Below, piece by piece: positions 48,316-58,159 of a DNA stretch of 64,000 nt. Within the stretch, counting starts at the first letter, position 1. Each line of letters starts with the position of its first letter. This stretch comes from an uncultured Eubacteriales bacterium. GTDB lineage: Bacteria > Bacillota > Clostridia > Oscillospirales > QAKW01. The notes under the pieces were generated by a model. That model ran no database searches. It saw nothing but the letters and a program-made list of their open reading frames with translations, and was not told the DNA's origin. The stretch lies in assembly GCA_964428505.1 (NCBI GenBank), contig CAYRYQ010000002.1, forward strand, positions 454 to 64,453. Direction: 5' to 3'. Made by a program: the position numbers and the translations under genes.

Positions 48316-49095
48316 TTAAAGATCCCACTGATGAATCAACGTTAAAGACTGGCATAACTTTCGTTTTTCATCGATGGTTGCCACCAGCCCATTTACCATC
48401 AGCGGTCCTTCCGCTTCGGTAATTTTCACGCGGTTTTCCGGGTCCACAAAATTATGGATACAGGACTCCAGCCCTTTTCCCAAAATGCTGTTTTGCGCGC
48501 CGCACATGCCCAGATCGCTGAGATAGCCCGTTCCGGCCGGGAGAATCCGCGCATCGTTGGTCTGCACATGGGTGTGGGTGCCGATCACCAGAGCGGCACG
48601 CCCGTCTGCGTGCCAGGCCAACGCCTGCTTTTCCGCCGTGGTCTCTGCGTGAAAATCCACCACCGTCAGATCCCGCGGCGTGCTTTCCTGCAACAAAGTA
48701 TCCAGAACCCGAAAGGGGTTTTCACAAGGGCTCATAAACAGCGTGCCCTGCAATGAAATGACTCTTAAATCATAGCTTCCCATATCAATGCGACAGCTGC
48801 CCCGGCCAAAAAGATCCCCGCTCCAGTTTGCCGGCCGCAGCAGGGTGGGCAGCTCCTCGTGCAGCTCACCGGCACCTTTGCGCTGAAAGGAATGGTTGCC
48901 CCCTGTGATCACATCTGCGCCCAAAGCCAGAAGCTCTTCCGCCGTCTGCCGGCTGATCCCGTTTCCGATTGCGCTGTTTTCTCCGTTAATCAGGATCAGA
49001 TCGGGCCGGTATTGCCGCTTTAATCCCGGCAGTGCCAGGCGCACCGCCTGCACACCGCATGCACTGACCACATCGCCCAAACACAGTAATTGCAT
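48316..49095 (-). CDS. ymdB: YmdB-family metallophosphoesterase (2',3'-cyclic-nucleotide phosphodiesterase-like)
   Basis: LCLGDVVSACG...LILINGENSAIGNGIS...GADVITGGNHSF parallels B. subtilis YmdB as I recall it. Confidence 0.8.
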   Translation of the reverse strand: MQLLCLGDVVSACGVQAVRLALPGLKRQYRPDLILINGENSAIGNGISRQTAEELLALGADVITGGNHSFQRKGAGELHEELPTLLRPANWSGDLFGRGSCRIDMGSYDLRVISLQGTLFMSPCENPFRVLDTLLQESTPRDLTVVDFHAETTAEKQALAWHADGRAALVIGTHTHVQTNDARILPAGTGYLSDLGMCGAQNSILGKGLESCIHNFVDPENRVKITEAEGPLMVNGLVATIDEKRKLCQSLTLIHQWDL

Positions 49096-49106
49096 AAAAA
49101 ACTCCT

Positions 49107-50003
49107 TTATTCCAATGTTACTGTGCCGGAAAACGGCGGCACAAAACTTTCCCTTGCGGTTTCCCCCTCCTGCATAAATGCATGGGAAAAGCCGCGCTTC
49201 CGGGCATACTCCACCACGGTCTCATAAGCCGCCGGCGAAACCGGCTCCCGCAGCTCCTCCGGCAGAGACGCGCCTACCGGCGTATACTGATTCATGACAC
49301 TGACGCCGATGGTATCGCCAAAGGTTTCCCAAAGAAACTTCAGATTCATCATCGCTTCGTATTCCATGGACGGCAGCACCAGCAACCGCACCAGAACACC
49401 CCGGCGCAAAATTCCGTCAGACCCCTGCTCCCAAGGGCCCGCGGTGCGCACCATCGCGTGCAGCGCCGCCCTTGCAATGGCCGGATAGTCCGGTGCGGCG
49501 CTGTATTTTGCGGCGGATTCCGCGTTGGCATAACGGAGATCGGTCAAATAAATCTGCACCGTCTTCGCCAATGCCTCCACCGTTTCCACCCGCTCATATC
49601 CGCTGGTGTTCCAAACAACCGGCAGGCGGCCGCCCTCCTGCCGATACCGGGAAACGGCTCTTCGCACCGCCGGGGCAAACTGTGTGGCCGTCACCAGATT
49701 CAGGTTGTGGCCGCCAAGCCGCTCCAACCGCTGAAAATGCGCTGCCAGCTCTTCAACCGAACAGGGTTCTCCAATCCCCTCCCGGCTGATCTGCGCATTC
49801 TGGCAATAAACGCAGCGAAGGGGACAACCGGAAAAGAACACCGTTCCGGAGCCGTTTGTTCCGGTGATCGGCGGTTCTTCCCAAAAGTGAAGCGCCGCCC
49901 GGGCAATGCGCATCGTGGCGGTCTGGCCGCACCGCCCTGCGATTCTGGTGCGGTCCACGCCGCATCTGCGCGGACATAGCATACAGTGCGTCTCGTCCAG
50001 CAT
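49107..50003 (-). CDS. radical SAM protein (PflX-like activase family)
   Basis: CPLRCVYCQN (CxxxCxxC) plus an N-terminal Cys cluster CMLCPRRCGVDR...GRCG. Confidence 0.75.
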   Translation of the reverse strand: MLDETHCMLCPRRCGVDRTRIAGRCGQTATMRIARAALHFWEEPPITGTNGSGTVFFSGCPLRCVYCQNAQISREGIGEPCSVEELAAHFQRLERLGGHNLNLVTATQFAPAVRRAVSRYRQEGGRLPVVWNTSGYERVETVEALAKTVQIYLTDLRYANAESAAKYSAAPDYPAIARAALHAMVRTAGPWEQGSDGILRRGVLVRLLVLPSMEYEAMMNLKFLWETFGDTIGVSVMNQYTPVGASLPEELREPVSPAAYETVVEYARKRGFSHAFMQEGETARESFVPPFSGTVTLE

Positions 50004-50030
50004 GAAGCATCCCCCTTTTATGTGACAAGT

Positions 50031-50720
50031 TTATTCTTTCCCCGACGCACCGGTATTCATACCGGCAATTCCGCTGACCGGCAGGGTAAACGATACCGCT
50101 CTGGCCTCCGTGTGCACCCCTGCGGCTTCATCGATCGCCGCCATGATTGACCGGCTGATCGGGCGGGCCGCCACAATCAGCACCAGCTCTTTTTCCGGCT
50201 GAATTGTGATGCCGAAAAATTTTTCCGCTTTGTCCGCCGCCGAGCCTCTGGCGTGTAAAATCGTCCCTCCGGCGGCTCCGGCTTTCCGGGCCGCCTCCAT
50301 CACCAAATCGGAAAAGCCCCGGTTGGCAATGGAAATAATCAGTTCGTTTTCGGTTTGTTCCATCTGATGATTCCCTTCCTTCAAGCAGCCCTTAGCCTCC
50401 ATTGTGCCCCCTGCGCCGTCGCGCTGAAAAAGCGCACAAATCGGCAGCGTGAAAGCGATGCCCTGCCCCTTTTTATCCAAGGAACACATCACCCGCAGCC
50501 GCTCCAGCGCATCCCTTGCCTGTCCGGCGGGCAGAAAGCTGAGCAGCAGCTCTTTTTCGGTTTTGCCCAGCCCCAGACATTCCAAAATCTGAGAATTCGC
50601 GGTGCCCATTCCCATCAGAACCAGTTGGCAGAGAATGCCCTGCTCCCGCATCAATGACCGGATCCGCTCTCCGGCGCTTTTATTGATGATCGCGATCATC
50701 CAGGCTTTTTCCTGCTGCAT
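50031..50720 (-). CDS. tandem P-II-like (GlnB-fold) domain protein
   Basis: Two internally related halves of about 100 aa (MIAIINKSAGERI...GIAFTLPI and LIISIANRGFSDLVMEAARKAGAAGGTILHARGS...VSFTLPV). It overlaps the 3' end of the upstream membrane-protein gene. The start may be the ATG at 50699. Confidence 0.55.
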   Translation of the reverse strand: MQQEKAWMIAIINKSAGERIRSLMREQGILCQLVLMGMGTANSQILECLGLGKTEKELLLSFLPAGQARDALERLRVMCSLDKKGQGIAFTLPICALFQRDGAGGTMEAKGCLKEGNHQMEQTENELIISIANRGFSDLVMEAARKAGAAGGTILHARGSAADKAEKFFGITIQPEKELVLIVAARPISRSIMAAIDEAAGVHTEARAVSFTLPVSGIAGMNTGASGKE

Positions 50721-52266
50721 CTGCTTCTCCCCCCTCTAAGTTCCATTTTCTATCTTCTGCAAGCCGCTCCGACGCCTCCGGCTCCTCAAAGGAAAAAAGC
50801 AAAGACGTTTGCGCTTTTTTTAACTTGATATGATACAGAAGCCCCATCAGCTGCACGGTTACCAACGGCATCATTGCCACCAGCGCCACGATGCCAAAGG
50901 CATCTGTCATCACATTTCCGCCGGTCGCGTTGGAAACTCCGATGGCAAAAGGCAGAATAAATGCCGCCGCCATGGTTCCGGAAGCAACGCCGCCCGAATC
51001 AAAAGCAATTCCCGAAAAGACCGGCGGCACCACCAAGGTCAGCAGCAAGGCCGCCACATAGCCCGGCAGCAGAAACCACCAGACGCTCCACGCGGTCAGG
51101 ATGCGAACCATCGCCAGCGCCAGCGCCAGCGCCACGCCGACCGACAGGCCGCCCATCATCATTCTGCGGGAAATCGCCCCGCCGGTCACATCCTCCACCT
51201 GCTTATTCAATACATGTACCGCCGGTTCCGCCGCAACCACAAACAGCCCCAGCAGCGCGCCCAGCGGAATTAAAATCCAGTTATAGGAAAGGGCGCCCAT
51301 GATCCGGCCCAGATACGTGCCGGCAGGCATAAAGCCAATATTGACCCCGGTCATAAAGATGGTCAGGCCAATCAACGTATAAAGAAGACCAAGCCCCAGC
51401 TTAATCAGCTGGCTTTTGGGCAAATGCAGTTTTACTGCCTGCAACACGCCAAAAAATAAGACGGTGGGCAGCAGTGCAACGCTGTTCTCTTTTAAAAAAG
51501 AGCTCATTCCGGTTCCGTAGAGCCGCAGCAGCTGCAAAATATTCTCAACCGTATCCGGCGTTTGGAATCCGTATCCGGTACCGGACGAATGATAGAAGAT
51601 CCCCAACAAAATAACGGCCAGCACTGGTCCGATCGAACAGATTCCGCAAAGGCCGAAGCTGTCTTCTTCCGTGCTTTTCCCACTGCGCACCGCTGAAACA
51701 CCGGCGCCCAGGGCCAAAATAAACGGGACTGTAATCGGTCCGGTGGTCACCCCGCCGGAATCGAAGGCCACCGCCAGATAGCCGGGCGCAAAAATAGCCG
51801 CCAGCAAAAAGGAAAGGCCATAGGCGCCGATCAACAGATACGAAATGCGCACCTGGAACAGCACGCGCAGCAAGGCCACCACCAAAAAGAAGGCAACGCC
51901 CACCGCCACCGCGCCGATCAGCAGTCCGTCCGGAATCTCCGGCACCTGCCGAACCAGCACCTGCAGATCCGGCTCCGCCACCGTGACAAACAGCCCCAAT
52001 AAAAAGCTGCCGCCGATCAACACCCAAAGCTTGCGGGATTCCACCAGCTTGGACCCAATCAGCTCACCCATGGGCATAATGGCCAGATCCACCCCGAACG
52101 TAAACAAGCTCATCCCGAGGATCAGCAGCACCGTTCCCGTGATGAACAGCAGCAGTGTTCCGGCCGGCATCGGCGCGATCGTTCCGTGAAGCAACAGCAC
52201 AAGGATACTGATCGGCAGAACCGACTGAATGGATTCCTTCAGTTTTTCAAGCATGCCATTCCACAT
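50680..52266 (-). CDS. polytopic membrane protein with duplicated DUF1538-type domain
   Basis: 528 aa with many TM helices. The signature AFDSGGVTTGPITVPFILALG is repeated as AFDSGGVASGTMAAAFILPFA in the second half. Family name is from memory. Confidence 0.55.
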   Translation of the reverse strand: MWNGMLEKLKESIQSVLPISILVLLLHGTIAPMPAGTLLLFITGTVLLILGMSLFTFGVDLAIMPMGELIGSKLVESRKLWVLIGGSFLLGLFVTVAEPDLQVLVRQVPEIPDGLLIGAVAVGVAFFLVVALLRVLFQVRISYLLIGAYGLSFLLAAIFAPGYLAVAFDSGGVTTGPITVPFILALGAGVSAVRSGKSTEEDSFGLCGICSIGPVLAVILLGIFYHSSGTGYGFQTPDTVENILQLLRLYGTGMSSFLKENSVALLPTVLFFGVLQAVKLHLPKSQLIKLGLGLLYTLIGLTIFMTGVNIGFMPAGTYLGRIMGALSYNWILIPLGALLGLFVVAAEPAVHVLNKQVEDVTGGAISRRMMMGGLSVGVALALALAMVRILTAWSVWWFLLPGYVAALLLTLVVPPVFSGIAFDSGGVASGTMAAAFILPFAIGVSNATGGNVMTDAFGIVALVAMMPLVTVQLMGLLYHIKLKKAQTSLLFSFEEPEASERLAEDRKWNLEGGEADAAGKSLDDRDHQ

Positions 52267-52284
52267 TCAGGGCCTCCCTTTCTT

Positions 52285-53181
52285 TTATATTTTAGCTTTC
52301 TTTCCCACACGTAAATGCAGCAGCGCCACCCCGGACAGAACCAGCAGGATCCCGGTCATCCCCAAAAAGGTGAGCGGCTCATTTACAAAGAGCATGCCCA
52401 GCAGGGTGGCCACCACCGGCTCCACCGTGGCCATGACCGAGGCCTTTCCCGCCGGAAGCCCCGAAAGACCCAGCGTATAAAAAATATAGGGCAAAATCAC
52501 CGTGACCAGCCCCATCAACAAAACCATCCATACAGCGGCGCGGTCTGCCCGGCCCAGCGCCGCAAAGGTTGCGGGGATCTCCGCCAGCAGGCTCACCGGC
52601 AGCGCCGCCAGAAAAAAGGTATACAGCACAATCGTGAACGAATGATATCCGCGATTGATGGCAAAACGGCTGAAAATACTGTAGAACGCATACCCGACCG
52701 CAGAAAGCACTCCGGTCAAAAGCGCGGCCGGCGGCACCGTGCCGCCTTTTAAGTTGCTGACCAGCACACAGCCCAGCACAGCCATCCCGCAGGCAATTCC
52801 TTTTTGCAGCGTCAGCTTCTCCTTAAAAAACCAGGCGGACAATAATACCACAATGACCGGCGCTCCATAAAGCAGCACCGCCGCTACCGACAGCGAGGTG
52901 CGGGCAATCGTTTCAAAATAGCAATAGCTAAACAGGGCCATCGAAAGAATACCGGTGCCGAAAAAACACCAGAAATCGCGCAAATGAATCCGCAGTGCTT
53001 TCGGCCGCAGCAGCGCAACCAGCGGCGTTAGGAGCGTCACCGCCACCAGAATCCTCAAAAACAAAATATCCATGGCGCCCAGCCCCAACCGGTTGAAATA
53101 CCGCACAAAAAGGCCCATGGCCCCCCAAAGGGAAGCGCCCAGCAACACCATCAGCGTCGCCATTTTCTGATTTTTCAACAT
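52285..53181 (-). CDS. DMT/EamA family transporter
   Basis: 10-TM protein with duplicated EamA-like halves. The start is probably MLKNQKMATL rather than the track start at 53244. Confidence 0.7.
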   Translation of the reverse strand: MLKNQKMATLMVLLGASLWGAMGLFVRYFNRLGLGAMDILFLRILVAVTLLTPLVALLRPKALRIHLRDFWCFFGTGILSMALFSYCYFETIARTSLSVAAVLLYGAPVIVVLLSAWFFKEKLTLQKGIACGMAVLGCVLVSNLKGGTVPPAALLTGVLSAVGYAFYSIFSRFAINRGYHSFTIVLYTFFLAALPVSLLAEIPATFAALGRADRAAVWMVLLMGLVTVILPYIFYTLGLSGLPAGKASVMATVEPVVATLLGMLFVNEPLTFLGMTGILLVLSGVALLHLRVGKKAKI

Positions 53182-53374
53182 CCTTTTTCCGCTTTTTTGC
53201 AAAGCAGTCCTCCCGAAAACCAACAGCCGGGACGCCGGGCCCATTCAGGTTCGCGGCGCCTTGCTGTTATTTAATATTGTACCGAAAAATGAAAAAAAGT
53301 CAAGAAAAGATGCCTTGGGTGTTATCCCGCGGCATCTTTTCCGGTTTTATTTCCGCTTTTGCTGCGGCAATTTT

Positions 53375-54526
53375 TTACCAAAGCTTATGATAGATGGAAA
53401 TCACGTCCTCTTTTGTGATCTCCCGCATGGTGTGCCCCGGCGTGCCGCTGGCCATGGCGTCGGTGGCCATTTTTTCGATCAGCAGCTCGAATTTTTCCTT
53501 CTCAATCCCATATTCCGCCAAAGTCGGAATCTCGCAGTGCTTGCAAATCTGATCCAGCGCTTTCAAAAACGCCCCGGCAGCTTCCGCGTCTTTGGTTTCC
53601 GGCGATGCCGCGCCGATCGCCCGGGCAATATCCGCAAACCGCTCCGCGCAGCCGTCCATGATATAGTTCATGCATTCCCGGATCAGCATGGCATTGGAAA
53701 TCCCATGGGGCACATGGAACAGCGCGCCGATCGGGCGGCTCATCCCATGCACCACCGTGGTAGACGCGTTGTTGATGCACACGCCCGCCTCAAAGGCGGC
53801 GATCGCCATCTCCTCCCGGGCCTTCCTGTTGCCGCCGTTGCTGTAGGCCAGCGGCAGATATTGAAAGATCCGTTTTACTGCGGACAGCGCGTAAAGATCA
53901 CTGGACGGATTTCGTTTTTTGGAAATATAGGACTCCACCGCGTGGGTCAGCGCGTCCATCCCTGTGGCCGCGGTTACACTGGGCGGCGCGGATATCGTGA
54001 AGGATGGATCCACCACCGCCAGCTTCGGCAGCAAAGAATCCCCCAGCAGCAGCATTTTGACCTCCCGCTCCGAATCGGTGATCACAGTGAATTTTGTGGT
54101 CTCCGAGCCCGTTCCGGCCGTGGTCGGGATCAGCACCATCGGCGGAAAATCCCCCACGATCTCCTTGCCCAGATAATCCGCCAGCTTTCCCGGCAGCACC
54201 GACATGGCGGCGATGGCCTTGGAGGTATCCAGGGGGCTACCGCCGCCCATCCCAATGATAAAATCGCATTTGGTTTTACGAAAAACATCCAGGCCGTTTT
54301 CCACCATTTTATCGGTGGGCTCTCCCACAATATCATTAAAGATCTCATAGGAAATCCCCCACTGATCCAGGCAATCGGTCAGCGTTTTCACCATTCCGGT
54401 CTTGGTGATAATTTTTCCCGTTACGATCAATGCCTTTTTGCCCAGCCGCTTCACTGTGGACGCACCGCCCTCCAGCGCGCCGGTGCCGATCAGCACCTGC
54501 GGAGGCATTGTAAATTTATAAGCCAT
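53375..54526 (-). CDS. iron-containing alcohol dehydrogenase (candidate 4-hydroxybutyrate / aldehyde reductase)
   Basis: 383 aa. GMGGGSPLDTSKAIA (GGGSxxD), metal-binding His context DALTHAVESY and HGMSRPIGALFHVPHG. The substrate is inferred only from the neighbouring genes. Confidence 0.75.
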   Translation of the reverse strand: MAYKFTMPPQVLIGTGALEGGASTVKRLGKKALIVTGKIITKTGMVKTLTDCLDQWGISYEIFNDIVGEPTDKMVENGLDVFRKTKCDFIIGMGGGSPLDTSKAIAAMSVLPGKLADYLGKEIVGDFPPMVLIPTTAGTGSETTKFTVITDSEREVKMLLLGDSLLPKLAVVDPSFTISAPPSVTAATGMDALTHAVESYISKKRNPSSDLYALSAVKRIFQYLPLAYSNGGNRKAREEMAIAAFEAGVCINNASTTVVHGMSRPIGALFHVPHGISNAMLIRECMNYIMDGCAERFADIARAIGAASPETKDAEAAGAFLKALDQICKHCEIPTLAEYGIEKEKFELLIEKMATDAMASGTPGHTMREITKEDVISIYHKLW

Positions 54527-54541
54527 TACTTTTCTCCTCCC

Positions 54542-55903
54542 TTATTTTGAAACGCCCTTGCGGATGGCGTTTTCCAGAATCTCAAACCCGGCTTCCAGCT
54601 GCTGATCGGTAATGACCAGCGGCGCCAGAAAACGGATCACATTGCCGTAAATTCCGGCGTTTTCAATCAGCAGCCCGTTCTGTGCGCATTCTTCCACCAA
54701 GAAAGATACCAGTGGCGCGTTGGGCTCTTTTGTTATCTTGCTCGTCACAAACTCGATGCCGATCATGGCCCCCAGGCCCCGCACGTCGCCCACTTCCTCA
54801 AACTGCTCTTTCCAGCAAGAAAACCGCGCGAAGCATTTCTTGCCAATGGCAGCGGAACGCTCTACCAGATGTTCCTGCTCCATCACTTCAAAAACTTTTA
54901 ACCCGGCGGCGCAGGCCAACGCGTTTCCGCCATAGGTTCCGCCCAGCGTTCCGGCCGGAACCCGGTCCATCACCTCTTCCCGGGCCACCACCGCAGAAAG
55001 GGGCACACCGCCGGCAATGGATTTGGCACAGGCGATGATATCCGGCGGGCAGCCTTCTTCTGCCCAATAATCAGACGCGAAAAATTTTCCGGTTCTTCCA
55101 TAGCCCGACTGCACCTCGTCGGCCACCAGCAGGATCCCGTATTCATCACAGATCCTGCGCACCGCCTTGACCCATGCGATCGGCGCGGGGATAAAGCCCC
55201 CTTCGCCCTGCAGCGGTTCCAGCACCACCGCCGCCACAAACTGGGCGGGAGACGCATTTTCAAACACCATCTTCAGGCTTTCCACATAGTAAGCGATCGC
55301 TTCTTCTTCGGTCATGCCGGCCGGCCTCCGGTACAGATAGGGGTATTCCGCCCGATACACCCCATCCGGGAAAGGCCCCATGCCCACGGCGTAAGCTTTT
55401 TTGGCCGTCATCGCCATCGTCAGCATGGTCCGCCCGTGGAACGCGCCCGAAAACACGATGATATTGGGCCGCCCGGTGTACCCCTTGGCCACCTTCACCG
55501 CGTTTTCATCCGCTTCCGCACCGCTGTTGGCAAACATTACTTTTTTATTTTCTCCGCGCACCGGGGCAACCGCCGCCAGTTTTTCTGCCAGCGCGATATA
55601 CCCCTCATGAGTCACAATGTTGAACATGCCGTGAAAATATTTCCCCGCCTGTTCCCGCACGCCTTCCACCAGCGCCGGGTGGCAATGCCCCACATTCAAC
55701 ACGCCGACCCCGCCGACCCAATCCAGAAACCGGTTGCCGTCTACATCCTCGATCATGGCCCCTTCCCCCCTGCCGATCACGCAGGGATAAACGCACCGGA
55801 TCGCGTTGGGCACCACTTTTTTCCTTCTTGCAATGATTTCCGCCGCCCGCGGGCCCGGAAGCTGTTCGGTGATAATTTCGGGTAATGACGTTCCTAACTT
55901 CAT
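54542..55903 (-). CDS. class-III PLP aminotransferase, 4-aminobutyrate aminotransferase-like
   Basis: 453 aa. GPRAAEII...AIRCVYP...GEGAMIEDVDGNRFLDWVGGVGVLNVGHCHP, ANSGAEADENAVK, LVADEVQSGYGRTGKFF, and ACAKSIAGG (the PLP Lys). Confidence 0.75.
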   Translation of the reverse strand: MKLGTSLPEIITEQLPGPRAAEIIARRKKVVPNAIRCVYPCVIGRGEGAMIEDVDGNRFLDWVGGVGVLNVGHCHPALVEGVREQAGKYFHGMFNIVTHEGYIALAEKLAAVAPVRGENKKVMFANSGAEADENAVKVAKGYTGRPNIIVFSGAFHGRTMLTMAMTAKKAYAVGMGPFPDGVYRAEYPYLYRRPAGMTEEEAIAYYVESLKMVFENASPAQFVAAVVLEPLQGEGGFIPAPIAWVKAVRRICDEYGILLVADEVQSGYGRTGKFFASDYWAEEGCPPDIIACAKSIAGGVPLSAVVAREEVMDRVPAGTLGGTYGGNALACAAGLKVFEVMEQEHLVERSAAIGKKCFARFSCWKEQFEEVGDVRGLGAMIGIEFVTSKITKEPNAPLVSFLVEECAQNGLLIENAGIYGNVIRFLAPLVITDQQLEAGFEILENAIRKGVSK

Positions 55904-56526
55904 ATTGCTTTCCCTTTCACCGTTTCGTCTGCAAACATAATCCGCACAGCGTCGCAGATCAGCGCCACACTTCCATCCACCCCATATGTGCTCACATCAA
56001 ACATCACATGTTTCCCGGTACGGTCACCGCGGTTTCTTCCTGTTACATATTTATAATAGTTATGACGTTGCTTATCAATATGCTTGATCATTTTTTCCGC
56101 GTTCTTTTCGCTCAGCTCATAATTTTTTGCAATATGCTGAATCCGCTTTTCCATCGGCGCGAAGAAAAAGAAATGAATGACATTGGGATATTCCCGCAAA
56201 ATATAGTCGGAACACCGGCCGAAAAAAATGCAGGATTCCTTCTTGTCGGCAATCTCCCGAATCACATCGGCCTGCGCTGCAATGGCCTGCTCCGAATAAA
56301 AAGAGGTGGAAGAACCATAGACAAACTCGGTAAACAGCCGATTCTGGCGGGCCATCACCTCATCGTTTTCCTGCAGCAGCCCCACGTTGATATGCACCTT
56401 TTCAGCGGTAAGATCCACCAATTCTTTGTCGTAGAACGGAATGGCCAGATGGCTGGCCAGGGCGCGCCCGATCTCCCGGGCGCCGCAGCCGAATTCTCTG
56501 CTGATGGTAATGATATAGTTTTTCAT
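55900..56526 (-). CDS. cytidylate kinase-like family protein (P-loop-like, function unknown)
   Basis: 208 aa. ITISREFGCGAREIGRALA...IPFYDKELV is typical of the cytidylate-kinase-like family. Its stop overlaps the downstream aminotransferase start (ATGA). Confidence 0.6.
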   Translation of the reverse strand: MKNYIITISREFGCGAREIGRALASHLAIPFYDKELVDLTAEKVHINVGLLQENDEVMARQNRLFTEFVYGSSTSFYSEQAIAAQADVIREIADKKESCIFFGRCSDYILREYPNVIHFFFFAPMEKRIQHIAKNYELSEKNAEKMIKHIDKQRHNYYKYVTGRNRGDRTGKHVMFDVSTYGVDGSVALICDAVRIMFADETVKGKAI

Positions 56527-56566
56527 TGCTTTCCTCCCGTTTCTTGCCGGTAGACGCCGTTTTCAA

Positions 56567-57283
56567 TCAGCGTCTTCCCCTCTTTAATCTGCGCTCTAAA
56601 TATTTGACCAAAAGAGCCAGCGGAATGCAAATAATCAGATACACGCCCGCCAGAATGGTATAAGATTCAATCGTCAAAAAGGTCTGTGCCGTGTAGGCTT
56701 TGGTGGTCATCAGGAACTCCTGGGCTGTGATATAAGCCATCAGGGAGGTATCCTTGACCATCATCACGAGATAATTGCCGAACACCGGGATGGAATTACG
56801 GAATGCCTGCGGGATCACAATGCGGAACATGGCCTGCATCGGGGAAAAGCCCAGGGCCAGCGCCGCTTCCGTTTGTCCGTGATCAATGGAGATAATCGCA
56901 GAGCGGATCACCTCTGAAATATAGGTGCCGTAGTTAATCGCCAGGCCAATGATCCCGGCGGTGGTGGAGCTGATCTTGACCGTTGCGCCGGATAGCCCGA
57001 AAAGCGCAGCGATGACTTCAATGACCAGCGGCAGCACATAATAAATATAAACCATTTGCACCAGCAGCGGCGTTCCCCGGATGATTTCCTGGAAAAAAAT
57101 AATCACGGCGTTTAAGCCCTTGCGTTTGGATACCCTGCCCAGTGCCAGCAAAAATCCAACCAGGATTGCAAAAAGAAATCCAAATGCGGTGCAAAGCACC
57201 ACAATATGCAGCGCATTTCCCAGCAGCTTGGGAAGAAGTTCAGAAAATGCTTTGCCAAAATTTAAGTTTCTTAACACTTCCAT
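56567..57283 (-). CDS. amino-acid ABC transporter permease
   Basis: 238 aa, about 5 TM helices. EAA loop QTEAALALGFSPMQAMFRIVIPQA. Confidence 0.85.
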   Translation of the reverse strand: MEVLRNLNFGKAFSELLPKLLGNALHIVVLCTAFGFLFAILVGFLLALGRVSKRKGLNAVIIFFQEIIRGTPLLVQMVYIYYVLPLVIEVIAALFGLSGATVKISSTTAGIIGLAINYGTYISEVIRSAIISIDHGQTEAALALGFSPMQAMFRIVIPQAFRNSIPVFGNYLVMMVKDTSLMAYITAQEFLMTTKAYTAQTFLTIESYTILAGVYLIICIPLALLVKYLERRLKRGRR

Positions 57284-57303
57284 GCGTCATTTCCTCCCTG
57301 CCG

Positions 57304-58038
57304 TTACTTATTCAGGACGCGGGACAAAAACGCCTGCGTCCTCTCATGCTTCGGGTTGGAAAACATCTCTGCGGGAGAGCTGTCCTCCACGATCAGTCCG
57401 CCATCCATAAAGATGGCCCGATCCGCCACATCCCGGGCAAAGCCCATTTCATGGGTCACCACCGCCATGGTCATCCCTTCCCGGGCCAGCTCCCGCATTA
57501 CATTCAGCACATCCCCCACCAGCTCCGGATCAAGCGCGGAGGTGGGCTCGTCAAACAGCATGATCCGCGGCTCCATGGCCAGCGCCCGGGCAATGGCCAC
57601 CCGCTGCTGCTGCCCGCCGGATAGGGTCTCCGGATAAACCTTTTCCTTATCCGTCAGCCCCACTTTCCGCAGTAGATCCCGTGCCTTTTCGTGCACCTCC
57701 ACCTTGTTTTTCTTCAGAATATGAATCGGCGCGTAAGTAATGTTATCCATCACCGTCATAAACGGAAACAGATTGAACCGCTGAAAGCACATGCCCACAT
57801 GCTGGCGGTATTTTCGCACGTTAAACGAATGCTTCAGGATATTCTGCCCGTCATAAAGGACTTCCCCGCCCGTCGGCTTTTCCAAAAGGTTCAGGCACCG
57901 GAGAAAGGTGCTTTTCCCAGAGCCGGAGGGCCCGATCAGAACCAGTACCTCTTTCTCTTCTATTGAAACATTTATGTCCTTTAAAACCTCCAGATCGCCG
58001 AATCGTTTCTGCAGACCCCGGACCTCTAATAGCGGCAT
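57304..58038 (-). CDS. amino-acid ABC transporter ATP-binding protein
   Basis: Walker [10 protein letters not shown], signature [15 protein letters not shown], Walker [12 protein letters not shown]. Confidence 0.9.
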   Translation of the reverse strand: MPLLEVRGLQKRFGDLEVLKDINVSIEEKEVLVLIGPSGSGKSTFLRCLNLLEKPTGGEVLYDGQNILKHSFNVRKYRQHVGMCFQRFNLFPFMTVMDNITYAPIHILKKNKVEVHEKARDLLRKVGLTDKEKVYPETLSGGQQQRVAIARALAMEPRIMLFDEPTSALDPELVGDVLNVMRELAREGMTMAVVTHEMGFARDVADRAIFMDGGLIVEDSSPAEMFSNPKHERTQAFLSRVLNK

Positions 58039-58091
58039 AATCTCTCACCTCTTCCGAAAATTCTTTCCCCGCTTCGGTTACATTTTAAATA

Positions 58092-58134
58092 AATACTGCA
58101 GGTATCCCCAGTTGGGATGAATACCTGCAGTATT
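58092..58134 (-). promoter_or_regulatory. intercistronic 14-bp perfect hairpin between the SBP and ATPase genes
   Basis: aatactgcaggtat ... atacctgcagtatt. Likely an mRNA stabiliser or partial terminator giving excess SBP transcript. Confidence 0.45.
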
Positions 58135-58159
58135 CTGCTTTATAAACGGTATGCCAAGA

